From assembly GCA_950097015.1 (NCBI GenBank), contig CATNEN010000007.1:868001-932000 (forward strand): a stretch of 64,000 bases of DNA, in the 5' to 3' direction. The notes beneath the pieces were generated by a model. The model ran no database searches, had not been told where the DNA came from, and saw only the letters and a list, made by a program, of their open reading frames with translations. This document shows, piece after piece, positions 25,785 to 37,500 of this stretch. The translations under genes were made by a program, and so were the position numbers. The DNA is from Macrostomum hystrix. Taxonomy: Eukaryota; Animalia; Platyhelminthes. The stretch's first letter is position 1. Every line of letters starts with the position of its first letter.

Positions 25785-28700
25785 TGTTGCTTCATTGAAA
25801 TATTTTCGCTTCGTATGGGAAGCGAGCAGAGATAGCGAGAGAGAGTGTGTTTGTGTGTGCCCAAGCTCAGAGCACTTGAATCAAATCGATTTGTGCCACT
25901 TTTTCAATAGAAAGTAGAGCAAAGATGCGGCTGTTTTAAGCCCGCTGTCTTTTGTAATGCGACGTAATCCCATAAAATAGCAATTATACTGTGACAATTT
26001 AAATTCGAGTGTTTGGCACCAATACGCATATGATAGACGAGGGTTGTTACACAGATGATAAAAAAATCCTCTCTCACCTGGTCGAACTGAGCTTCACCTG
26101 TTAGACATGATCCTCACCTGTTAGACATGATCCTCACCTGTTAGACATGATCCTTACCTGTTAGACATGATCCTCACCTGTTAGACATGATCCTCACCTG
26201 TTAGACATGATCCTCACCTGTTAGACATGAGCCTCACCTGTTAGACATGATCCTCACCTGTTAGACATGATCCTTACCTGTTAGACATGATCCTCACCTG
26301 TTAGACATGATCCTCACCTGGTAGACATGATCGTCACCTGGTAGACATGATCCTTACCTGTTAGACATGATCCTCACCTGTTAGATATGGTCCTCACCTG
26401 TTAGACATGATCCTTACCTGTTAGACATGATCCTCACCTGTTATACATGATATACTACTCATCTATTTAGCACGGTTCCTCAGGTGGAAAGACACGTATG
26501 TCCTTCCCTGTCAAAAAACGCTAATATTTCGCCAATTTTTTTCCAACAGAACTGCGCAAAAGGATTAAAAGGCCTTTCAGCAAGTCCTTGGCCGTTAAAT
26601 CTGGCGATGGCGAGGTCAGCCTGCGATGCGACATCCAGCTTGACGGCCAGTTGGACAGAATCCACTGGCTGAAAAATGGAATCCCACTAATTGTTGATGA
26701 GCACGTTGGAAAGGTAAGGCGGCAATCACTGAACCATCCACTGTGTGCTCATGATCTGTGTGCTGAACCATCCACTGTGTGCTCATGATCTGTGTGCTGA
26801 ACCATCCACTGTGTGCTCATGATCTGTGTGCTGAACCATCCACTGTGTGCACATGATCTATGTGCTGAACCATCCACTGTGTGCTCATGATCTGTGTGCT
26901 GAACCATCCACTGTGTGCACATGATCTATGTGCTGAACCATCCACTGTGTGCTCATGATCTGTGGACTGAACCATCCACTGTGTGCACATGATCTGTGTG
27001 CTGAACCATCCACTGTGTGCTCATGATCTGTGTGCTGAACCATCCACTGTGTGCACATGATCTGTGTGCTGAACCATCCACCGTGTGCTCATGATCTGTG
27101 TGCTGAACCATCCACTGTGTGCTCATGATCTGTGTACTGAACCATCCACTGTGTGCTCATGATCTGTGTGCTGAACCATCCACTGTGTGCTCATGATCTG
27201 TGTACTGAACCATCCACTGTGTGCTCATGATCTGTGTGCTGAACCATCCACTGTGTGCTCATGATCTGTGTGCTGAACCATCCACTGTGTGCTCATGATC
27301 TGTGTGCTGAACCATCCACTGTGTGCACATGATCTGTGTACTGAACCATTCACTGTGTGCACATGATCTGTGTACTTGAACCATCCACTGTGTGCTCATG
27401 ATCTGTGTGCTGAACCATCCACTGTGTGCTCATGATCTGTGGACTGAACATCCACTGTGTGCTCATGAAATATGGAATGAACCATCCATATTATGTCCGT
27501 GTTTCTTCAATAAAAACTCCAGGCCAACAATGAAAGCACGGTGTTGACTCTTCGTGACGTCACACCTGAAGACGCCGGCCAGTATCGCTGTCACAGTTCT
27601 GCGCATCCCAGGTCGAGCCAGAACATCTCGCTGGCTGTCATTGGTGAGAAGTTTACACCAAAAAATGAGTATAGGTACATGGTAGCACGGTTGTATACTT
27701 GTCATTTTTAATTTCCAATCCCCGATCCCCTGCTCAGCGGAGCCAAGGGTCCGAGTCTACCCGTCGATGCTAGTTCGCAGAGCCGGCGACTCGGCGAACT
27801 TCTACTGCGACATTCAGGCCACTCTTGGCGTCTCCCGCCTGAGCTGGCGTTTCGACGCTGAGCCGCTGCTGGTTGGACCCGAAGAGAAGAACATAAACAT
27901 TTCTGGTGAGCGGAATCGCACATTTCGATCTGTTCCCAAAGTCGACCCTAAGCCAACGATAGGAGGCAAATTTAGCCTCTTCCGCATCACCCATGAGCAC
28001 AATCATACACATATGGGAAAAAAGTTCTTGTTGTAGAGCGATCAAGACAGGAAACGTAGATTGGATTATTAATTGGATTAACTAGAGAATGCGCTCAGAA
28101 TATTGTTTAGAAAATTTACTAATAATCAGGTTTTAAGAAGCAGGTTGCTCAATCAATATAATAGACCAAATTAGTGCTAGTTTGATCAATTCTAGAAGTG
28201 AAGCCTCTTCAGAATGCTAAAGTTTTTACACTGTTCCTGCAAAAAGCTTTAAGTGTAAAAATAATTACGAGACTAGTGTGTGTGAGTTCTAACGCGAAAA
28301 TCAAGAGTATTAGCCCAAGCAGCAAAATACATAGTTTTGACCTAGACCTAATTATCCAGAGATCTTCATTTCCTGGTGATCCCAGGCAATAATTAACGGA
28401 AGCCTCGCTTCCGTGTGCTCACTATGTGCTCACTGCTCTCTGCCACTGATCTCTCGAAATGCCGTTCCGTGCCCCAGTCGACCTATTTTTCAGCGATCGG
28501 AGACTGCACAAGAGGTGAAATGTCAGCTGTTCGAGAGTGGAGTGGACTTACTCAGCTAGGATGCCAAGTATGGCGAGCAGGGACAGAGGAAGGACCTCTG
28601 AGGAAGATAATGCTTCATCTCATCGATGAAAGATTCGCTGAGGCGAGCTCCGACATGTTCGCTGGCTAATACCAATAATTTATTATCGCCCGAGGGGGTT

Positions 28701-31700
28701 CTAGACACCCCATAGGTTTGCAAGGTGATACAGCTAGTAGCAAGCAATGAGTTGTCAAGCTTAGATGCAATTACAGTGAGCCATATAATTTGAGGTCTTG
28801 CCTGGAAGCAGTTGGGAACTGCGCCGAGTCCTTCCTGCCCGGCGACAGTAAATTACGCAATGTGAGTCAGCGGAAAAATGACTTTCCGAAGAGTAATTGC
28901 TGTGACTCACGTCTCACGGGGTCTCATGTTCTGCTGCTTTTTTGGACATTTCTGCAATTGGCGATGACTAATGCATGCGTTTCTATCGACAAGAAGAACA
29001 AGCAGAAAACCTTCGGGCATCGTTAGGCCTTTGATCTAGGACATAGAAACAATGTCTATTGACAGCTTGCAAACTTCCTGATCGGGAGTGGGGGTAAATT
29101 TTAAACCGGGAATCATTATTAATCTGATTGTTGCGTGTTAAACTGCACTGCAGAGTCGGGTCACTGGCTGCACATCTCTAACCTGGTGAGAAATCACACA
29201 GGAATTTATTCGTGTCGCGTAGAGAACATGGCCGGTGTTTCTGAAGTTGCCGGCTCATTGTATGTGCGAAATCCAATGGAAACAGGTGAGGCAAAGGGTT
29301 AAATAGGATTTGAAATTATTTCTCATCCATGTTATAAGTAGGGATATGTGAACTGGATTTGGAACTGAAACGAGTATAGTAATTTATTGTTCAGTTCAGT
29401 ACTAGAGAAAATCGATGGAAACCTGTTCGGCAATCAACGAATAAGAAAGTAGTTTTGTGAAATCTAGTCCAGAGTATAATGATGAGACTAGTTTCGCTTC
29501 ACTGTGTTCGCTGAACTCTGCAGCACTGATTGAGGCGGTGGAGCAAGTTGCCAGCTACACTGTTCTCGTGTCCTCAAGCCATGCTATATGCGGTCAAAAT
29601 TGTCTTCTGGGAATTCCGGCTTTGACTGCGCCAGTGCCCAGTGCATTTGCAGAGGATTGCGAACCGTTTTAAAACGAGAGAACCATGATTGATAGCTTCA
29701 TTGGTGAAGCTCATTTGACTGGTTGAATGATCGTCCCCAAATCCCTAGAGGAGTTCAGACAAGAAACAAGAAAACGCGACTCCGCTTCAGAATATTTTGG
29801 ATCTCGATAGGATTTCTTCCTAGCTACTAAAAGTAGAATGAAATAAACTTTGATTTGCTACTAATTTGACCGACAAAAACAATAAATCGAGCAGCTGAGT
29901 CGAGCTACCCACTGAGCGCTGACACTTTTGACACGTCGATTCTGCTGCTGCACGCCGGCGGGGTGACATTGTGGAACGGCGAAAACTGTGAGAGTCGCAG
30001 TGGACGCAGCAAGGATCCGAATGAGACTGTCGACGACAATGACTGGGAGCTGAGCACTGAGTGGGATGTGACACTGTGCGAGAACCTCATCGCCTGTGAC
30101 TGGGGTCCGGTGACGCTGGCGGGCCGCGCGGTGGTGTTCGCCGCCCAGCCCTCTCTGGGCCGCTTGCTGCGCTTCCGACCTGGACACGAGCAAAGACAAC
30201 AAAAGCAAGCCGGAGGAGGTGAGCAAAGCCAGGCCTACGATGCGGTCCAGCTGAACTGCCCAGTGACAAGGTTAACCTACGACGAGCTGGCTGACCGAGT
30301 CTGGGCTGCATGCGGTGACGGCCAAGTCTTCACAGTGGACGGAGCCACGCAGCAGCGATCGCCAGTGGGGCGGCTGTGGCGCAAGGAGGCCGGAGAGACC
30401 GTGCTGGCTACTCCGGACAAGGTCAACCAGTACATTGTAGTGCGCAGCTCAGCAAGCTCGCAGGAGGCCGCTGAGGCAGTCATCACCGTGCTAGATAGAA
30501 ACGGACAGCGCCGACTGGCGGTTTCGATCGATGGCAGCGAGGACGCAGCCCAGAGAGCGAGCGGTCGGCGTCAAGCGGCTACTGTGCTGCCTCAGGGTGA
30601 GGGCCAGATACTTCTCTAGTGCTTCCATCTGTTATGGTATTATGTTATTGGGAACTTATTGGGACATAGATTTCGATGAAGTGGTGGAGTTCAAAGTGAG
30701 TGAGTAAAACAAACAATGTGCACAGACAATGGAGAAACAAATGGTTTCTTTGGTCTTCTAAAGTAGTATTGCTTTTGTCGCACTATGTGGAACAGTGGAC
30801 ATGCAAAACGGAACGGCCCATGGAATTCTGTGGCAAAGCGTTTGAATTCACACGAGAAAGTAAGCCATAGACAACTCAAATTGTCATGCTATGTGGAACG
30901 ATGAGCCAGAATAGAAGGAACCAGATTAGATTTTATTTGCAGAAAGAATAAAAATAAGCAGAAACAGAACATTTTTCTTAGTTGCATTCAAATGAATCTT
31001 ATTTTAAGTCTGAAATTGAAGCATCAAAGTTAAAAAAATTCAACCCCTAAAACAGATGTCGCTGCAAACACAATCGATTGCAGCGCAGCTCCCAACCAGC
31101 GCACTTGTCAGCAGTGATTGCTTGACCAACTCTGATTGTGATTGCTCGATAGTGATTGCTCGCCTCTCGTTCAAGTAGCATGAATCTCCACTGCTCAAGT
31201 GTCACTCCTTCTGGAGGAACTTGCTCATCCTCAACCATGCCGGCTTCCGCCAAATGGTTCTTGAGATTTGACTTCAACGCAGAGTTAGCAAATGCGCTGT
31301 CGATCACGTACAGCAATTTGGGGCGCCATTACTGCTTAACTGATCAAACGAAAGAAAATGAAAGCGTGTTGTCTCTGTGAAAAGCTAAAATCGTTCCTTC
31401 TATTCTGGCTCATCGTTCCGCATAGCATGACAATTTGAGTTGTCTATGGCTTACTTTCTCGTGTGAATTCAAACGCTTTGCCACAGAATTCCATGGGCCG
31501 TTCCGTTTTGCATGTCCACTGTTCCACATAGTGCGACAAAAGCAATAGTAGGACTATACTAAAGTTGTAAAGTAGCTAACTACGCTCGTACTAGTGGTCC
31601 TTGCTTCAAACTTATGATACGTACTAAGATTCGACACTGCACAGTTATCACAGGCCTTTTATTGACTGCCTTTGAGCAGACAAAAATTTGATGAGATAAA

Positions 31701-32860
31701 CTCAGACAAGACTTCAAACACGTGAAATGAAGGCTCTGCACTACTTATGCTATTCATATTGAGCTGTATCTGTTGCTTTCTCACAGGCGGAGTTTTGTTG
31801 ATCTACTCCGAAGAGACTGGCTCAACGCGAAAAGACAATTCAACAGTCCATCAGAAAGCCGATCCGCCCATAATTGCCGTCGATCTGCGCACCGGCCGCC
31901 GACTGGCCGGCTATTTGTCGGGCGGCGGTCCTGGAGTCCCAGCAAGCGGCGGGCTGTTCGTCTCTCCGTTCGGCGATTTTCTGATTCGCCTATCGTCTGG
32001 GAAGCGGGTTGTCGCCTACAAGATCAGACCGAATGGTGAGGAGGCATTTGATGAACTGCGAGGAGGGGAAACATGGCAGATATTGAAGCCTCTAAAAGTA
32101 ATTCAAGACAGGAAATAAAAATCTGAGACTCTGATGTTGATCAGCCATTTAAAAAATAAAAGTTAATTTGATGGAAATACTTTTTTTGCGTAAAAATCAA
32201 AAAACCATTTCACTAACAGGCGAACCAGCCGCCATCCTGTCGGACACAGCCGGCCTGAAGCTCCGCAGTGTCGCTTTCCACCGCGGCACGGACGCTAGTC
32301 AGCGGCTGCTAGGTGTCACTGATAGGCCCGGAGCCTTGCTGACCATCTGGCTGGAGAGGCAGCAGTTTCAGCTGGCGCTGGGTGAGTGTTTGAATTTGAA
32401 TCCCTTTTCAACATTTTCAACATTCAACTATCATTTTGAGCTATATTTGTGTAGTTTACTACTTACTGCATTGTGTTAATTTTTATTTGTCCATTACTTA
32501 CTTATCTGTCCTTAACACTCCTGGGTTTCAAGCTTCAATCAAGTGGTACGAGAATTAGGTTGTTCGCATTGTTCTGTATTGTCCCCAAGAAGGAATTTGT
32601 TGGGAAAATGATGTCTAACCTCGCGGTCAAGAGTGCACTACTAACGTTATTTTCACCTACTGCCAGGTGAATCTTTCGCCGATCATTCCGGCATCTCCGC
32701 GCCAGTGTTTGGCAATCGAGCTCTGCTCTACTCAGGCGACTCGGCAACATTTCTGCGCACGGACGACGGCCACCCGGGAGGACTGCGACCAGCGACGGCT
32801 GCGCGGTGCAACACCCGGCTGCTGCTGCAGCTGCAGCAGATTCTGTGGCTGCTTGACTGA
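20611..32860 (+). CDS. FSTL4/5: Follistatin-related protein 4/5-like: signal, Kazal/follistatin, Ig, Ig, beta-propeller-like C-terminus. Exons 20611-20752, 21408-21701, (26484-26495), 26550-26713, 27523-27643, 27738-27905, 29154-29285, 29895-30596, 31787-32035, 32220-32381, 32667-32860
   Basis: All junctions are GT-AG and phase-compatible. Kazal [21 protein letters not shown]. Ig motifs LRC..HWLKNG..DAGQYRC and FYC..W..HTGIYSC. Domain order matches FSTL4/5 except that no EF-hand was found. A 5' UTR intron lies at about 20180-20429. Confidence 0.8.
20900..21360. repeat. 24-bp minisatellite (TCTACCCTACTATCTACTACACTG)n with a diverged 3' part
   Basis: Tandem units in FSTL coding intron 1. Confidence 0.9.
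21798..22156 (+). mobile_element. tRNA-derived SINE family B, full-length copy
   Basis: A box ggtggcagagcgg, B box agttcgattcc, family body, ATT tail. Confidence 0.85.
22159..23837. mobile_element. Non-autonomous CACTA/foldback-like element with inverted arrays of a 17-bp repeat
   Basis: Left end cacaacaagctctctttgttt. The right end read on the minus strand is CACTACAAGctctctttgttt. (CTAGATGTCTGTCTGTT)n at about 22185-22680 and its reverse complement at about 23430-23815. Confidence 0.75.
24040..24250 (+). mobile_element. 3' fragments of SINE B (24040-24115) and SINE A (24195-24250)
   Basis: gctgcgggtctagtgtcacc..ttgcccgcagccctc and atggactgaacagccgg match the 3' parts of the other copies. 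Confidence 0.7.
25090..25560. repeat. CT-rich low-complexity tracts
   Basis: Direct reading. Confidence 0.9.
26093..26450. repeat. 20-bp minisatellite (CTCACCTGTTAGACATGATC)n
   Basis: Tandem units. Confidence 0.95.
26728..27465. repeat. 34-bp minisatellite (CTGAACCATCCACTGTGTGCTCATGATCTGTGTG)n
   Basis: Tandem units filling an FSTL intron. Confidence 0.95.
30767..31547. mobile_element. MITE with 155-bp terminal inverted repeats and a 4-bp GTAG target-site duplication
   Basis: 30767-30921 and 31393-31547 are inverted copies with 1 mismatch seen. gtag at 30763-30766 and 31548-31551. Confidence 0.85.
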
Positions 32861-34557
32861 CGTCATCTCTGACGAATGAGAAAAAATCAGTGGTTACATT
32901 GCCTTTTAGAAAGAATTTCGTTGTCATAAAGCCTTGCCGCGTGTTCGTCCCCTAGCTTCAGCACTCCATGCGATCCATAATCTTTGTCTAGCTTTTTTCT
33001 TGTGAAATTAGATTTCTGTGTAGCTAACACTGCTTAGCAATCGCTTCTTAGAATACATAGCGAGCGTCTTTTATCGGCTATTTCAATGCATGTTGTCAAA
33101 CTATTGATACTTTTTCGCTTGCGTACACATTGATCTTTACATTCGAGCACGAATTTTAAGACATACTTTAAGTACGAGTACCATCGGTTTTAGTCAGAAC
33201 AACATTCTCCTTTAGGAAGAGTTACTGTTTCTGTTACTTAATCTAGTCACCATTTTCATTTAAATAAAAAAATAATTGTTTCAACTGTCTGGGAGTCAAA
33301 GAACTCCCGCTCTGAAGGGAAATAAAGAAGACCAAATTTATCGAATCGATCCCCTAAGTTTCATACCTGTATACGACTCTTTCTCTAGTTTTGGTTGCAT
33401 TGCATCTGGCTTTCATTCCCGTGAGTGTACAATGTTTTGTTGTTGTGCTGTTGTTTAATAGCGTTCAGATAAAAGCTGCAGATTGACTATCCATCGCAAT
33501 TTAGTATATAAACATGAGAGTGCATGGAAGCTAGCCCTGATTTAGATGTTTGCTACTAAAACGAAAACAATAGACACTTAATAAACTAAACATAATCGCG
33601 CAAAAATATTTACTTAAAGTTAAACAGGTGAACTGCTGAATTATTCAGCCCTGCCAAATTTAGAACTAAATTGGGAAAAATAATTAGTCAAAATCAAATG
33701 CTCGCATATAAGTTTTGTCCAGACCAGTTGAAATTCTCCCAGATCGCATTGCTGTTGATGCTGCTACTGACATCTGTCAACTACGACATATTCTAAAACT
33801 AAAAGTTTTCCATACGATACATTTTAACAAACATTCTCTATACTGGCTTTTATTACTTTTTTGAAATGGTCAGGAATCTGCTGCTGAGAAAGCGTTCAAC
33901 AAAAAACGATGGTGAAATGATGGTCTTTAGATTAAAGGTAAAAAGTCGCATCTTAGAAGTAGACTGTAAATTAAGTAAATTATCGCGACTCAGAAAAGTC
34001 ATGGCCATTCTGCTCATTCCGCTGACCCAGAGAACAAAGGAGCGCATGGCTACCTTGTGAAGGCAAACTCTCACGGAGGTGTGTGAGGATGCCGTGACAG
34101 AAAATAGTTTTTTTCTCGTCAGGAAGTGAAAACACACACCGAGACGAGTGTGTCTCTCGCTGGGTGCGACAGTCAAGCAAAATTAAATATTTTTGTTGGA
34201 CTCGTTGAAGTCAACGGTGGGCTGGGGATGACTGGGATGGATCAGGGAAATTTCTCTGCGGTGCCTGTTTGAAAATTTATATTGGAAGCAACAATTAGCT
34301 AATGGAGATTGCAGACTGAATGAATAATGGACTCTCACAGGGAAGAGTTAGGTGACTAAGTGATTGCACAACAATCAAGGTAAACGCAGAAAGTCGGCGT
34401 TCAATTTCAAGAGGGGATGAAGTGTTCAGACGGGCACTCAGCGGATAAATAATGAGACACCGGGGCGTCTGGCGGTACATTAATACCCGCCACTGCTGCA
34501 AAATAGTGCATAGAGTCTGTACCACTGAGCTCCAGCCAAGGAACACACTGGTCTTAA

Positions 34558-37500
34558 ATGGAGATTCATAGAGCTGCCGGGGCTGACACAGTTGACACTG
34601 GCGGTCTGGACGTGCCATCCGCTGACGAACTGCGCATCTCCAGAGCGGACAGCGCAAGGACGCTGAGAAAACAGGCCGAAGAAAATTTGCTGACGGACTT
34701 CGCGAATCGAACCTCGGCCCATGGAATTCAACGGTTGACGATCGGCTCGACAACGCAGCGCCTGGTGTGGCTGTGTGTCATCCTGGCCTCCTGCGTCGGG
34801 TTCAGCTGTCACCTTCAGCAGCTGATCTCGCAATACCTCAGCTACCCGGTGACTAGCGAGATCCTGACCGACTCTCGCGACTTGCAGTTTCCGACCGTGA
34901 CCATCTGCCCGACGGACACTGTGCCCAACATCAACTTTGATGCAGGAATTCAGCCGCCAGCGAATCTCAGTACAGGTGTGTTGTGTGATTTGGGGTCCCT
35001 GATTAAAACTGATTGATAATCCTGCACTTTTGATATCGATTTGAGCCTTTCCTGATTTCATTAGATTGTGTAAAAATTAAACTCTCGTGTGTAGTAGAGA
35101 CAATAGTCGCTTTCTTTGAACTCGCTCGCATGGCCAAACGCCAGGCAGCACAAGGAAGGTTAGATCTATCATCCTCGACACGGCCATGCTTTACTATCAG
35201 CTGCGAATGCCCGACTGGAAGGCCTCTGTAATGAGCTGGCCCAACATGACGTTCGATGACGGCCGGTACGCCGCTAGAAAAATAATCAGCGGCATGAAGG
35301 ACAGCTTCCAGCAGCCGTACGAGACGGTACTGAACTGTCGGTACAACTCGCAGCCGTGCAGCTACGCGGACTTTACCTTGCACAACCATGAGCAAATGTG
35401 AGTTGCTTTGAGTTCATTTGAGCTGATTGATGGCATTCGTAGCTTAGAGTTGCAAAGATGATGGAAGTGCGGAAGACAACCGTTCGCCCGCCGCCGATAG
35501 CACATGTACTCTCGTATGTCAATATGAAATGACACCAACGGTTTGTGTTGGCACTCCCTTAAAGCTCATAAAATCGCTTTATAAGATCGCTCAATAAGAT
35601 TGATTGATTGATCATTTGGTGACACTAGTGTACGCTTTCGCTCTGCCTTGGAGGTTTTCCCGAAATTTCACGACAAGCCCCCAGGCCTTCTCTCCGCACA
35701 GCGCCTCAAATGAATGTGGCTTCGCCGTGGAATCGAACCCAGGGATATTGGTGCGAGAGGTTAACGCGTTAGACCGCTCTGCCACTGACCCCCAACCTTG
35801 ATGCGATAATCTGATGAATTACTGTCAGCCCTGATGTCTCGTCATCAAATAATTACTAAATTATGACTAACCCGTTATGACTAACCAGGTTCTTCTGCTT
35901 GACCTTCAATCCGCCAAACGGCACCCTGGCCAGGACGGGTGCTGGCAACGGACTCTACCTGGTTCTTCTGGGCGTCAGCACCTCCCTGCTCACGGATGAT
36001 GAGCAGGCCAGCTACACGGCTGGGTTTCGTGTAATTCTGCATGACCGAGGTAAATTTGAGAAGAAAGATTTCAGCCATACAGAGTCAAACAAGAAATATT
36101 AGTGTGAATCTTTCCAGGTGTCAGGCCGGACATGTCAACTGCATCATTCGAGGCACCTTTTGGAACTAAAACTTTGGCGAAATTCGCGATCCACTCTTTT
36201 GATCGAGTGACCCGACCGACGGCTCCGTGCGTTGACGAGCTTCCAGTGGCTTACTATACTGATGTGTACTGGGGACAAAATGCGCGGGCATTCGAGCATC
36301 AAGTCTATCGAGGCTCGACACGCGACTGCGAGTGGCGCCGAATGCATGAGGAGTTCATTGCTGAGTGCGGCTGTCTCGGCTCGCACATGCCACTGCCCAG
36401 TGACCTGATGGACAGCGGCTTCAGACCGTGTCACGACCGACTGCCGGATGATGTAAGTATTGTATTATATTTTATTCCAAATCAGTTCCATCGGGTGCTT
36501 TTGTTGAAGGTCTCGACGGAGCTCAAAGGAGCTTTGAAAGTTAGATCATCGTTTGATCCATAAAGTTTGATCTACGAGTATATGGTTAACTTTCACGAAA
36601 ATCGTCATTTGGGTTGGGACCTCTTGTGAAGTAGGCAGTGGCTATTGGAATTCCCCAAAGACAAATAGCTTGGTATTTGTAACATTCTAAAACACCTAAT
36701 AACACGTAAATATCTGATCAGAGCAGATCTAAGCTTAAATGAATAGAAGCTGAATTCCGGGATACTTAAAGTATTATAAAACGGATTGATCACTGCTGCT
36801 TACAACCCATGCAGGTGTACTTCCGCGACATCGAGGTACTGAGCCCTCCAGACAACAAAAATGTCTTTGCTTATCAAATTCTCAACCGTACTGGCCAGTA
36901 CTGCCTACTAACAGACTATATGACGGAGAACGCTGCTAAATTTGCTGGCGTACTGCAGACCGCGAAATGTTTCGATCGCGTAAAGTGAGCAAGAAGCTAT
37001 AACTCTGGTCTTCGAAATTATTTTGTATTGTTCAACTTCCTATAAGCGGTCTTTGACTTGACTTCCGAAGACTCAGCGGGAAGATCCATTCCGCTAATCC
37101 CAGAAAAACCCGCTACAGCCGATGGTGTGGTGGGCCACAGGGGAGGTCCGTAGCCGGCCCCTCTTAGATTGTGTTCCTCGCTTGGGAAAAAAGATGCTCG
37201 TCTGGAAGCCCTGAGGAACCGGGCAATGTTCCTTAAATATGCTTTGGTTGGTCTATCCAAGGTGATTTAGCCTCTCCCTATTAAAGAAAGGGCATCCTCC
37301 TTCTCAAGCATACAATAAGGACACAGCTCGTTCCGGACGTTTCCCCGGAGGAATCAGTGCCAGGCACAGCAGCCATGGCCCTTCCGGGTTCAGAAGGACC
37401 TTCCGGAACAGGGACTGCCGCACTGCATAATTCCAATTCGCCCAGAAACCGCCAGGACACGCAAGGGGTGAGCGCGGTCGTCGCATCCTGCTCGATCCGC

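Noticed and set aside
28415-29672. Short ORFs in FSTL introns (28415, 28790, 29457)
   Set aside because: Flanking FSTL exons join in phase without them, and no motifs were recognised.
33853-34180. Possible upstream coding exons of the DEG/ENaC gene
   Set aside because: An in-frame TAA directly precedes ATG 34558, and no convincing frame continuity was found.
34480-35061. 193-aa antisense ORF over DEG/ENaC exon 1, and similar antisense ORFs over other GC-rich exons
   Set aside because: Shadow ORFs caused by the codon bias of the sense gene.
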